Shown piece by piece: positions 1-8,286 of a stretch of 13,093 nucleotides of DNA; positions within the stretch are counted from its first letter, which is position 1; each line of letters opens with the position of its first letter. The notes below the pieces were generated by a model. The model worked only from the letters and a program-made list of their open reading frames with translations, searched no databases and was not told the origin of the DNA. Source of the DNA: an uncultured archaeon (GTDB lineage Archaea; Asgardarchaeota; Lokiarchaeia; Sigyniarchaeales; SOKP01). The stretch is taken from contig CAYUTF010000087.1 of NCBI GenBank assembly GCA_964447495.1, positions 1 through 13,093 of the forward strand. The letters run 5' to 3'. The position numbers and the translations under genes are program-made.

Positions 1-118
1 GCATCCAAAAATCGCCCTCAACTGCGTCTAATGGATTAATAAGATTAATTCTTGCAGGGGCTTGAACAATAATATCAGGATTTAAATTATTGATAAATTT
101 AAAAATTTGACTAAACAA
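1..118 (-). CDS. GHMP kinase family protein (galactokinase/glucuronokinase/mevalonate kinase-like), 5' part only; runs off the left edge of the window
   Basis: Manual translation of the - strand from TTG at 118 (in-frame TAA just upstream at 122-124) gives MFSQIFKFINNLNPDIIVQAPARINLINPLDAVEGDFWM. APARINLINPLD matches the GHMP motif 1 pattern (cf. galactokinase APGRVNLIGEHTD). Not in the supplied ORF track. Confidence 0.75.
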   Translation of the reverse strand, partial: MFSQIFKFINNLNPDIIVQAPARINLINPLDAVEGDFWM

Positions 119-256
119 GATTTACAATAACTGTATTTTTTAAATAAGTAACCTAAAAAAAAGGGCTATAAAAATTTATTTCAAATTTACTAACTGCATT
201 CTAATTTTTTTAGCAAAAGGATTCAAGATCCGGTTTAAATATATTGATATCTTTAA

Positions 257-1453
257 ATGATTAGCAAGAAGCAATTAAAAAATCTTTACGTTTTTATATC
301 TATTGTTTATAATAATATAGTGGTAGATAAAAAAGGAAAATTTAGGTTATTATCATATATAGTTGACACTAATTTAATTTTCTATAAAAGTGTTAATAGA
401 GAAAGCCGAATTATAGCTTTTACACTATTTCAATTATCTAAATATTATCCTGTTTCTAAAATTCTTCAAGATTTCCTTAGAAGCGGTCTAATATTTTTTT
501 ATTCGATTGAATTAAATATCGTTGCCCCTAATGATATCAAATATATATTATGTTTCACACATAATGATAAAAATAAGATTTTCAAAGATTTTAATTTAAT
601 AGCGGATAAGCTTTGCCAATTAGATAAATCAATAAAATTTTATCAAGATGACCAATTAGAAAGGGAATTCCTAAAAATTCTTTCCTTAAATAATAAGAAT
701 ATCACAATTAGAGATATTTTAGGTTCTTTAGTGTTAAAAAATGATTCTAAATTGATAACTCTTGACTTCTATTTAATAAATTATCATAAAAGCCCTAGAC
801 CTGATGAAGCAATTTATGAATTAATAAACTATATTGGTAGTTTAAAAAGAAATGGATTCTTTATTTTTAACTTCAGATTCATTAATAGCTATTTTGTTTC
901 AGAAGTTTATTATATTGATTTTATAAATGAAAAAAACATGGGAATTTCAAATTTAGAGTATGAAGTAAATAGCTTTTTTAATCTTGACTTAATATGTAAG
1001 TTTAGGATAAGTTTAAAACGAGCATTTTCTCCATTATGGCGCTACTCTCTAAGTAAATACCAAAATTCACTCAAAGATATATCTGAAGTATTAAATCTTG
1101 AATATTATTATAATTCTAAAAATATTATCATATTTAATGAAGAATTTATAAATCTTTTAAATGCTAATGGGATAAATTTTCATCAATTAAGTCAGAATTT
1201 ATTTTTTATAAATCAATCTATATTAGTTATAGTTTTAGCAACGAAGCGATTTAAGTATATATTAGATTTATTAAAGAAATATCAATCAAAATACATACTC
1301 TTGATAATTATACTAAATGATAAAGTCTATGATGATCTTATGAATATTAAAAATATTAATACGATTCCAAATCTAAAAATTATAAATTATGAAGATTTTT
1401 ATGAAATTGATTTGACCAGTTTAAAAGTAAATGAAAAATTAAAAGATACCTAA
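257..1453 (+). CDS. Hypothetical protein (398 aa; alpha/beta, apparently multidomain)
   Basis: A 1.2-kb open frame in very AT-rich DNA, where stop codons would otherwise be frequent. No recognisable catalytic motif. The start is uncertain (GTG at 320 is an in-frame alternative). The 3' end overlaps the 3' end of rpl23 by 15 nt. Confidence 0.75.
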   Translation: MISKKQLKNLYVFISIVYNNIVVDKKGKFRLLSYIVDTNLIFYKSVNRESRIIAFTLFQLSKYYPVSKILQDFLRSGLIFFYSIELNIVAPNDIKYILCFTHNDKNKIFKDFNLIADKLCQLDKSIKFYQDDQLEREFLKILSLNNKNITIRDILGSLVLKNDSKLITLDFYLINYHKSPRPDEAIYELINYIGSLKRNGFFIFNFRFINSYFVSEVYYIDFINEKNMGISNLEYEVNSFFNLDLICKFRISLKRAFSPLWRYSLSKYQNSLKDISEVLNLEYYYNSKNIIIFNEEFINLLNANGINFHQLSQNLFFINQSILVIVLATKRFKYILDLLKKYQSKYILLIIILNDKVYDDLMNIKNINTIPNLKIINYEDFYEIDLTSLKVNEKLKDT

Positions 1454-1702
1454 ATCAATGGCTATATCTTGAGCAGAATAATCTGGATGCAGTTTAACAA
1501 ACGCCTTCTTATCTCCTTTAGGTGTAATTTGAGTATTTACCTTTAAAACTTTAACATTATGAATTTTTTCAATAGCACGTCTGATCTGGCTCTTATTAGC
1601 CGATTTATCGACAATAAAAACTAATTTATTTTCTTGTTCAATTAAGTCAAAAGTTTTCTCGGTTATAAGTGGTTTTTTAATTATCTTGTAAATGCTTTCC
1701 AT
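1439..1702 (-). CDS. rpl23: 50S ribosomal protein uL23
   Basis: Motifs IIKKPLITEK, ENKLVFIVD..ANKSQIRRAIEK, V.KVNT.ITPKG.KKAFVKL; third gene of the L3-L4-L23 block. The ATG directly abuts the rpl4 stop (TAAATG). Confidence 0.97.
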   Translation of the reverse strand: MESIYKIIKKPLITEKTFDLIEQENKLVFIVDKSANKSQIRRAIEKIHNVKVLKVNTQITPKGDKKAFVKLHPDYSAQDIAIDLGIF

Positions 1703-2491
1703 TTAAAAAATCACCTCAAAATTATTTAATTCATCAAATGCAGATTGAGTCCATAATATTAATCTACCAGGTGAACCTCCTGGTGCTAAATTATTTATTG
1801 ACATCTTGTCACATTTAACGACTTCAATTCCCGGAATATTTCTTGTAGCTTTGATAATTCCAAAATCTTCTTTGATAATAAATAATACACCTTTCTTCTT
1901 CTTATACTTACGTCCCCTTCTTTTACCCTTACCTGCCCTAATCTTTTTTGAATTCTTTACATTGTTGACTTCATCAATTAATCCTAAATCAGAAAATATT
2001 TTAAACGCCGCAGATGTCTTTTTTACAGTTTGTATCTTATCATCAACAACAAGAGGTATCTCTGGTATATTGTCAATTATATGTCCTCGCTTCTTAACCC
2101 AATCAACATTTCCCGAAGCAGAGATTGCAGAAATTAAAGACAAAATATACGTTTTTCTATTAATTTTCTTTTTTATTACTTTATCTGTTTTTAATGGATG
2201 CGTACGACGACCTCCAACTGCAAAAGGTACTCTACCAACATTTCGGGCAGTAGAAAATCCCGATCCTTTAATTCTTGGTGCTCTAGACAAACCATGTCCC
2301 GTCCCCCAGCTCACTGCGGTGTTTCGTAAACCCGCTCTTTTATCCCTTCCTTGACGTTGTTTATTTCGACTCTCAAATACTTCACTTGCTTTTTGAATGA
2401 GGTCTTTACGAGGTTTTTGTATAAAAACCTTTGGAATTTCAATTAAACCCTTTTTTTTACCATCCAAACTGTAGATATTTACTTTTTCCAT
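1703..2491 (-). CDS. rpl4: 50S ribosomal protein uL4 (archaeal/eukaryotic type)
   Basis: Motifs TAVSWGTGHGLSRAPR, VGGRRTHP, IRAGKGKRRGR, NIPGIE, LAPGGSPGRLILWT. The ATG at 2491 (MEKVNIYSLDG) is preferred to the ORF-track GTG at 2503. Confidence 0.97.
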   Translation of the reverse strand: MEKVNIYSLDGKKKGLIEIPKVFIQKPRKDLIQKASEVFESRNKQRQGRDKRAGLRNTAVSWGTGHGLSRAPRIKGSGFSTARNVGRVPFAVGGRRTHPLKTDKVIKKKINRKTYILSLISAISASGNVDWVKKRGHIIDNIPEIPLVVDDKIQTVKKTSAAFKIFSDLGLIDEVNNVKNSKKIRAGKGKRRGRKYKKKKGVLFIIKEDFGIIKATRNIPGIEVVKCDKMSINNLAPGGSPGRLILWTQSAFDELNNFEVIF

Positions 2492-2512
2492 TTTATTATA
2501 CACTTATTTCTA

Positions 2513-3532
2513 CTATTTTCTTTGTTGACTTTCACGGCTAATAAATGTTATTTCTGGAACTGCTTCTATAAATGATTTTAATGGACGAATTGTTTTTCTA
2601 ATCCTCATTAATCTTTTTTTCGGTCCGGGAACAGATCCTAAAATAAGTAAATAATCCCCTTTAATCATGCCGTAACGGATGAAACCTCCTTTAGGATTTA
2701 TCTCTTCCTCATTTTCACCGATTAACATTATTCTTTTATGATATTCTGTTCTTTGGTGATATCCTAATTGACCTGGTCTTGGAACTGTATATAATACTCT
2801 AGCTGGATGCCAAGGACCTATACAAGCAACTGCTCTTTTAATCTTGCTATTTTTTCTGGGTAATAGTTTAATCCCAAACCTTTTTACGGGTCCTTGAAAT
2901 CCTTTTCCTTTACTAACAGCTACAATGTCAACTAATCCTCCTTGTGAGAGAACGTCGCGAGCTCTAATTTCTTTACCAAGATGTTCTAATACATAATTAA
3001 ATTCTTCAATCGGATTAGCCGTTGAGTTTAATTTTATTTCGATTATATCTGGTTTTTTTCTCGAAAGTGAAATCAAATAGGGTTGGGTTTGGAAAATGCC
3101 TCGTATTTCACTCTTATCATTTAAAATGTTAGTAAGAGATACTTTAACTTCTTCAAAATTATAATTTTCAATAATAGGAGTTGAGATTTTACGCTTTAAA
3201 TGGTTATTTAACTCTTTTGCATAGAGTTCTCCTTGGACATATCTCCCATATTCATCTTTGTTATAAACTCGGATACCTATAAGGTTTAATGGCGGAACTT
3301 CAATGATTGTTACTGGTTTCATTAATTCTTTTCCATAGTAAGGGCTATTCTTTTGATCTTCAATGTAGGTTATATGAGTCATACCTGCTTTAAATCCCGC
3401 AAAACCTAAGAAGTTAATCTCCTCGGAAGTATCTAACCAGTGTCTCACTCGACCTTTTTCTGATATTGCCCTTTTTCTAGGAAGAAATGCTAATGACCCA
3501 TGCCTTGGAGCGTGTTTTTTACGATGACCCAT
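2513..3532 (-). CDS. rpl3: 50S ribosomal protein uL3
   Basis: Motifs HAPRHGSLAFLPRKRA, FAGFKAGMTH, VSKGKGFQGPVKRFG, IGPWHPARV, GQLGYHQRTE, NPKGGF..YG, GSVPGPKKR. Confidence 0.98.
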   Translation of the reverse strand: MGHRKKHAPRHGSLAFLPRKRAISEKGRVRHWLDTSEEINFLGFAGFKAGMTHITYIEDQKNSPYYGKELMKPVTIIEVPPLNLIGIRVYNKDEYGRYVQGELYAKELNNHLKRKISTPIIENYNFEEVKVSLTNILNDKSEIRGIFQTQPYLISLSRKKPDIIEIKLNSTANPIEEFNYVLEHLGKEIRARDVLSQGGLVDIVAVSKGKGFQGPVKRFGIKLLPRKNSKIKRAVACIGPWHPARVLYTVPRPGQLGYHQRTEYHKRIMLIGENEEEINPKGGFIRYGMIKGDYLLILGSVPGPKKRLMRIRKTIRPLKSFIEAVPEITFISRESQQRK

Positions 3533-3664
3533 ATATAATCACTTATACTTTAAAACTTTAAATTATTCAAATTAAAAAAAGTTTTGTATTCAAATCCTAT
3601 TAGTTGTTGTAATTGAAAATAAAAAAATCGTTCTTTTTATTTTTTGATTTAAAATAGTTTTTAT
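3533..3664. promoter_or_regulatory. Divergent promoter region shared by the rpl3 operon and the pilus ATPase operon
   Basis: A 132-bp AT-rich gap between two head-to-head start codons (3532 -, 3665 +). Individual TATA/BRE boxes cannot be assigned reliably at this AT content. Confidence 0.6.
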
Positions 3665-5851
3665 ATGTCGTTAAAATTAAAAAACCTAACTCAATTTCAA
3701 GAAAAGGAAAATTTTGAAGGAAAAAAAGAGAAAACTTTAATTCTTAATTGCGATAATTGTATTGATAAAATTAATGAATCTATAGATTATGAGAAATGTT
3801 TTAGATGTTTTTTTAGGAATCTCTATATTAACCGAGCTCAAAATATTTCTTATATAAATATAAAAAGGTTTAATAACTCAATTGATAAAAAGAGTATAAA
3901 TAAATGCTTGGATTACTTCAAAATTTTAAGTAAATTAAAAAAAAATTTGCTGAAAATTGAGAGTTTTCATAAAAAGTATTGTCTTTACCAAGATTTTAAT
4001 TGTAAATTATTTAAAAAGGATGAGATTTTAGTCTCATTAAAACCTAATGATCTTTTTAATCCAATATTTTTTTATCTTAGTGTTAAAAAAAAATATTCTA
4101 CCTTAATCAATTCAATTATTGTCGATCCGATTTGTCAAAAATGTTCTTATAAGATAATGAAAACTTTAGAACTTATTTTAAGCGATCTAACTGATCTAAA
4201 TATTATCAAAGACCTAACAAGTTTTTCAAAACTAGATAAACATTTAGAAAATTCTCACAACTTCTATAAAAAATTCCTTTCTATTGACACCCCGCTAATT
4301 AATCAAGATAATAATATTCAATCTAATGAATCAATCCATACCAAAAGGTTAATTAGAATTTACAAAGTAGGAAAGTATGGATTATTTGATGTTCATATTT
4401 ATGATGTCCCATTTGAGTATGAAAAAAGATACTCAATAGAACTATTAATTGATAGAAATTTTGAAAATCATTATCAAAATAAAATGATTAGAAACGTTGC
4501 GGATAATATTAATCTTGTTGATATAGATGATAAAATACCCTTAGAGGCGTTAATAGAAACATATAAAGCTAAAGCAGTAGAATTTATAAGTACTAAGTAT
4601 AGTTTCAATCAATTAAAGGTTAAAAAAATTGCCTTCTTAGCAACACTTCAAAAAATCAAATTACTAAAGCTCTTTCCTCTTCTTGTTGATGATAATATCG
4701 AAGAAATCTTTTTGGATGCCCCTATAGATAGAATATATATTAATCATCAAGAGTTCGGGAGATGTAGGACAAACATTTTTTTTACTATGGACGAAATTGA
4801 TAGAATAAAAACATTTTTAAGACTATATAGTGGTAAGAGACTTGACTATTCAAATCCTTCGCTTAAATTCGTCTTAAAAAATAAATATTTTTATTGTAGA
4901 TTTGCTGTGGATATAGATCCAATCCATTCAAATAAGTTTGGAATGGATATTAGGAAATTGAATAAAAATATATTTAATATTCAAGATTTATTAAAAGTGG
5001 GGACTTTAAACCCGATGATGGCAGCATTTTTATATTTTTGTATTTTAAGAAGAATTAATATTACTGTTACAGGAGAAACTGACACTGGAAAAACTACACT
5101 AATAAATGCCTTAGATCTTATAGTACCAAAAGAATTTAGAAAAATTTATGTTGAAGATATAACAGAATCTTTAAACCAGTCGGCATTTGAGAGACATCAA
5201 TTAAAATTTAAAGTAGATTCAATAGAAAGCATGGTTGAAAAAAAATATTCTAAACAAAATCAGATTAAAAATTTGTTACATCGTACTCCTGATATTATTT
5301 ATTTAGGTGAAATCCTCACAAAAGAAGAAGCCGAAGCAATGTTTCATTGTTTAGCAGCGGGATTAAGAGGTTTTCAAACAATTCACTCAAAAGATTTGAA
5401 TTCCTTAATTAACCGTTTTATTTATCATTTCAATATTGACGGGTCATGTTTAAATGATCTAGATATAATAGTTCTAATGAAAAAAAGCCATTATGGTAGA
5501 AAAGTAATATCCATATCTGAAATATCAAACGACCCACTCAACTTAAATAATCTCCATAATATCTTATTTATCTTTAATCCTGAAACTCTTAGTTGGAAAA
5601 TACAATCCGACTTATTTAATTCGATTATAATTAGAAAATTAAAGGCAACAGAAAAGTTATCAAACGATAATTTTAATGAATTGCTTTCTATTTATCAAGA
5701 AATTTTTCTAATGCTTAGCAGGATGAATAAATTAACAAATCAAGAATTAATTGAATTCTTTGATAAAATAAATTACTTTTCTTTTAAATCTTATAATGCC
5801 TTAATAGATTATTGGCAAAATTGGAAAAAGAATAGAAGTTTAAATTTTTAA
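3665..5851 (+). CDS. Type II/IV secretion / type IV pilus assembly ATPase (VirB11/TadA/CpaF/FlaI family) with a long Cys-rich N-terminal extension
   Basis: PLLVDDNIEEIFLD (N-terminal traffic-ATPase motif), DIRK, Walker A GETDTGKT, Asp box YVEDITE, Walker B region RTPDIIYLGE, His box remnant TIHS, and RKVISISEI. Followed by pilin-like and platform genes. Confidence 0.92.
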   Translation: MSLKLKNLTQFQEKENFEGKKEKTLILNCDNCIDKINESIDYEKCFRCFFRNLYINRAQNISYINIKRFNNSIDKKSINKCLDYFKILSKLKKNLLKIESFHKKYCLYQDFNCKLFKKDEILVSLKPNDLFNPIFFYLSVKKKYSTLINSIIVDPICQKCSYKIMKTLELILSDLTDLNIIKDLTSFSKLDKHLENSHNFYKKFLSIDTPLINQDNNIQSNESIHTKRLIRIYKVGKYGLFDVHIYDVPFEYEKRYSIELLIDRNFENHYQNKMIRNVADNINLVDIDDKIPLEALIETYKAKAVEFISTKYSFNQLKVKKIAFLATLQKIKLLKLFPLLVDDNIEEIFLDAPIDRIYINHQEFGRCRTNIFFTMDEIDRIKTFLRLYSGKRLDYSNPSLKFVLKNKYFYCRFAVDIDPIHSNKFGMDIRKLNKNIFNIQDLLKVGTLNPMMAAFLYFCILRRINITVTGETDTGKTTLINALDLIVPKEFRKIYVEDITESLNQSAFERHQLKFKVDSIESMVEKKYSKQNQIKNLLHRTPDIIYLGEILTKEEAEAMFHCLAAGLRGFQTIHSKDLNSLINRFIYHFNIDGSCLNDLDIIVLMKKSHYGRKVISISEISNDPLNLNNLHNILFIFNPETLSWKIQSDLFNSIIIRKLKATEKLSNDNFNELLSIYQEIFLMLSRMNKLTNQELIEFFDKINYFSFKSYNALIDYWQNWKKNRSLNF

Positions 5852-5867
5852 ATTAAAAATTACATAC

Positions 5868-6281
5868 ATGACGAATTTAATTGAAAAAGCATTAATAATT
5901 GGATTTGGAATCTTTATAGCATCTATTTTTCTTTCATTTACTATGCCCTTTTTAGGGAAGATTATCTCGTATGATATTTATGTAGAGGATGATTTGAATG
6001 ATTATATTAAATTAATCGATGATGTGGATAAAGGTATAAAGTATATAATTGAAAATCCAAATAACATTTATCAGAAAGAAATTTTTTATCCTAATAATAT
6101 GAATATCACGATTGATAATTTTTATATCAATTTTAAATATATTATTAAAGAGGAATCTTCTCAAATTACTTTAAAATATAATAATACTTTAAAATCATAC
6201 TGTTTTTGCGAGATTTCACCAAAATATTATCTTTTTATAGTATGTTATGAGTTGAATTTAATAAAAGTTGAAATTTTTTAG
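5868..6281 (+). CDS. Type IV pilin-like protein (single N-terminal hydrophobic helix plus a small beta-rich domain)
   Basis: N-terminus M-TNLIEKALIIGFGIFIASIFLSFTMP has Glu at +5 after the Met and a hydrophobic helix. It lies between the ATPase (16-bp gap) and the platform gene (17-bp gap). Confidence 0.6.
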   Translation: MTNLIEKALIIGFGIFIASIFLSFTMPFLGKIISYDIYVEDDLNDYIKLIDDVDKGIKYIIENPNNIYQKEIFYPNNMNITIDNFYINFKYIIKEESSQITLKYNNTLKSYCFCEISPKYYLFIVCYELNLIKVEIF

Positions 6282-6298
6282 TTTTCCGATTTTGAATT

Positions 6299-7810
6299 AT
6301 GAAAATGCTCTCAAAATATATCTGGATATGTAATAAGCTTCATAATAAACCTCTGCCTAAATTTAAATTTAGAAATTTAAAAGATCGTTATAAACAAATT
6401 ATTCAAATAGAATATGAGGTTGATGAAGAGGATGTAAATAAAGCTACCTTTCTAATATTCTCTTTCACCTTTTTGATTGTTATCCTAATTTCATTATCAA
6501 TTAATCTTAATCTTGCATTTAGTACATTGATTTCATTAATTATTTCCTTCCTATTTTCCTATTTATTTAATAATTATTTATATAAGAAAATGTTTAAAAT
6601 TGAAGTAAGATTGAATGCTGTCCTTTATTTTATAAAGATTAATTACTCAATGATTAGGGAATCTCTGGAAAATAACTCTGATTTTATATTATCTTTTGTA
6701 AAATTAATAAAAAATTACAATTTACCAATTTCAAAAAATTTCGAATCTGTTCTGATAAAGATTCACGAGGGGGCTAATCCAGAAAGAGAATTAAGAAAAA
6801 TTGTAACCCCTTCTGCGGATTTTAATGATTATATGAAAAATTTATTGATTAGAACTCATTTGAATGAGAACCATTTCTATGAAGTTGATAATATGTTAGA
6901 ACGAAGATTTAAGGTATATTTGCGGCAAATAGAAACAAGAATGAGCCTTGTATTTTTTATTGGAGTTTTTTTTCCTTTAGGTTTATGTTTTTTAATAATG
7001 TTTTATAGGGATATCATTAATCTATCAATTTTCTTTGTTCCTATTTTTTTTTTAATTGTAAATTATTTATTTAAGGTATTAATAAAAAATGATACATTCC
7101 TCTTCGGACTTTTAAATGATTATAAAAAGGTAGAAAAAAGAAAATTTCTTGAATTTACATATTTTCTTAAAATTTTTGCACTTCATTTACAGGAGAATAT
7201 TTCACCAGAATCCGCTTTTATAAATGCATTTTCAACTAGTAGAAATCAATTAGAATTATTATGCGATCCAATCAAACATCAAATCTGTATGCTTTTAAAT
7301 CTATCATGTCCATTTGGAGATATAATTGATCTTTTAAAAATCCAAATGAAATCTGTGCGATACTATTTAATCTTGGATATAATAAAACATATTGTTATCA
7401 GTAACGCCTTTAATTCTTCTAAAAAGATATTTGGTATTTTAAAAATCATATCTAATCATCAAAAACTTGAAAAGAAATTAGAGACTGTTATGAAAGGGGA
7501 AAAATTTAAGGTTTTTATGTTCCTTTTTTTGCTACCTTTAATTATCGGAACAATAGGGGGGATGTTCCCAATTTTTACACTACTTGTGAATGTAAAAGAT
7601 GTAATTATCAATCAAAATTTAATTGCATTGATATTTTCAAGTGATTTCATAATAATTTTTATAACACTATTGATTTGCATTTTGATATCTTCATATTTTT
7701 TCCTTAAAACAATTAACTCATCGAGAATTTATGAGTGTTTAATTTTAATTTTTGTGATTTATACACTCTTATTCCTATTCTCTTTTTTTAATGCCTTCAA
7801 TTTCTTATAA
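6299..7810 (+). CDS. Type IV pilus membrane platform protein, TadB/TadC/FlaJ (T2SS-F) family, two-domain form
   Basis: Alternating TM hairpins and helical cytoplasmic domains, repeated twice (KIHEGANPEREL in the first half, LQENISPESAF in the second), ending in a multi-TM C-terminus. Downstream of a TadA-like ATPase. Confidence 0.8.
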   Translation: MKMLSKYIWICNKLHNKPLPKFKFRNLKDRYKQIIQIEYEVDEEDVNKATFLIFSFTFLIVILISLSINLNLAFSTLISLIISFLFSYLFNNYLYKKMFKIEVRLNAVLYFIKINYSMIRESLENNSDFILSFVKLIKNYNLPISKNFESVLIKIHEGANPERELRKIVTPSADFNDYMKNLLIRTHLNENHFYEVDNMLERRFKVYLRQIETRMSLVFFIGVFFPLGLCFLIMFYRDIINLSIFFVPIFFLIVNYLFKVLIKNDTFLFGLLNDYKKVEKRKFLEFTYFLKIFALHLQENISPESAFINAFSTSRNQLELLCDPIKHQICMLLNLSCPFGDIIDLLKIQMKSVRYYLILDIIKHIVISNAFNSSKKIFGILKIISNHQKLEKKLETVMKGEKFKVFMFLFLLPLIIGTIGGMFPIFTLLVNVKDVIINQNLIALIFSSDFIIIFITLLICILISSYFFLKTINSSRIYECLILIFVIYTLLFLFSFFNAFNFL

Positions 7811-7814
7811 TTAT

Positions 7815-8114
7815 TCAGGTAAAAAAAAATAGATAAATTATTTCTATAAACAAAAATATCCCTATTAAAAAATTAATCAAATTACAACAATAAGTAATTG
7901 AGCTGAGGAAAATATAGTCTGGTAAGCTCATTTTTTCTATGAAGCAAATCATAAATTCGATAATTTTAGAAAACGGTATTAATAATATTAAAAATATCAA
8001 AAAAGCCATAAATACTATTACTAAATCGTTTGAAATAGTTGAATAAATAAACAGAAACAAAAAAAAGCTCATAAAAGAAAATAGTTCAATTAACAATAAA
8101 CTTAATTCATACAT
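7815..8114 (-). CDS. Small hydrophobic membrane protein (about 3 TM helices), unknown function
   Basis: 99 aa, ATG start, almost entirely hydrophobic; fills the gap between the platform gene and the V4R gene. Confidence 0.6.
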   Translation of the reverse strand: MYELSLLLIELFSFMSFFLFLFIYSTISNDLVIVFMAFLIFLILLIPFSKIIEFMICFIEKMSLPDYIFLSSITYCCNLINFLIGIFLFIEIIYLFFFT

Positions 8115-8286
8115 TACTGTGAAGAAAATATTAAAAGAGTTATTTAAAGGTCTAAAATTTAAATGTATAAAAATTAGCTGATTAATAAAAATTTTAAATT
8201 TAATTATACAATAAAGTTAGTAAAGAACTGATTTTTTTATAAATTGGCATTAAAAATTAATATTTAAAAAAAGATAATTAATTAAT

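Noticed and set aside
1806-2354. 182-aa + strand ORF from the ORF track
   Set aside because: Lies entirely antisense to rpl4, starts with TTG and has no recognisable motif; a shadow ORF.
3615-3620. Match to the Sulfolobus DNA-damage-responsive hexamer ANTTTC (as GAAAAT on +; also at 11537-11542 next to the cdc6 start)
   Set aside because: A degenerate AT-rich hexamer is expected by chance in intergenic DNA of this composition, and the positions and orientations are not consistent.
3616-3643. 10-bp inverted repeat AAAATAAAAA-N8-TTTTTATTTT in the divergent promoter region
   Set aside because: Composed only of A/T homopolymer runs; too low in complexity to call an operator or hairpin without conservation data.
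3665-7810. Archaellum (fla/arl) operon
   Set aside because: No archaellin, FlaF/FlaG, FlaH (RecA-like) or FlaC/D/E genes in the window; a generic type IV pilus/Tad call fits better.
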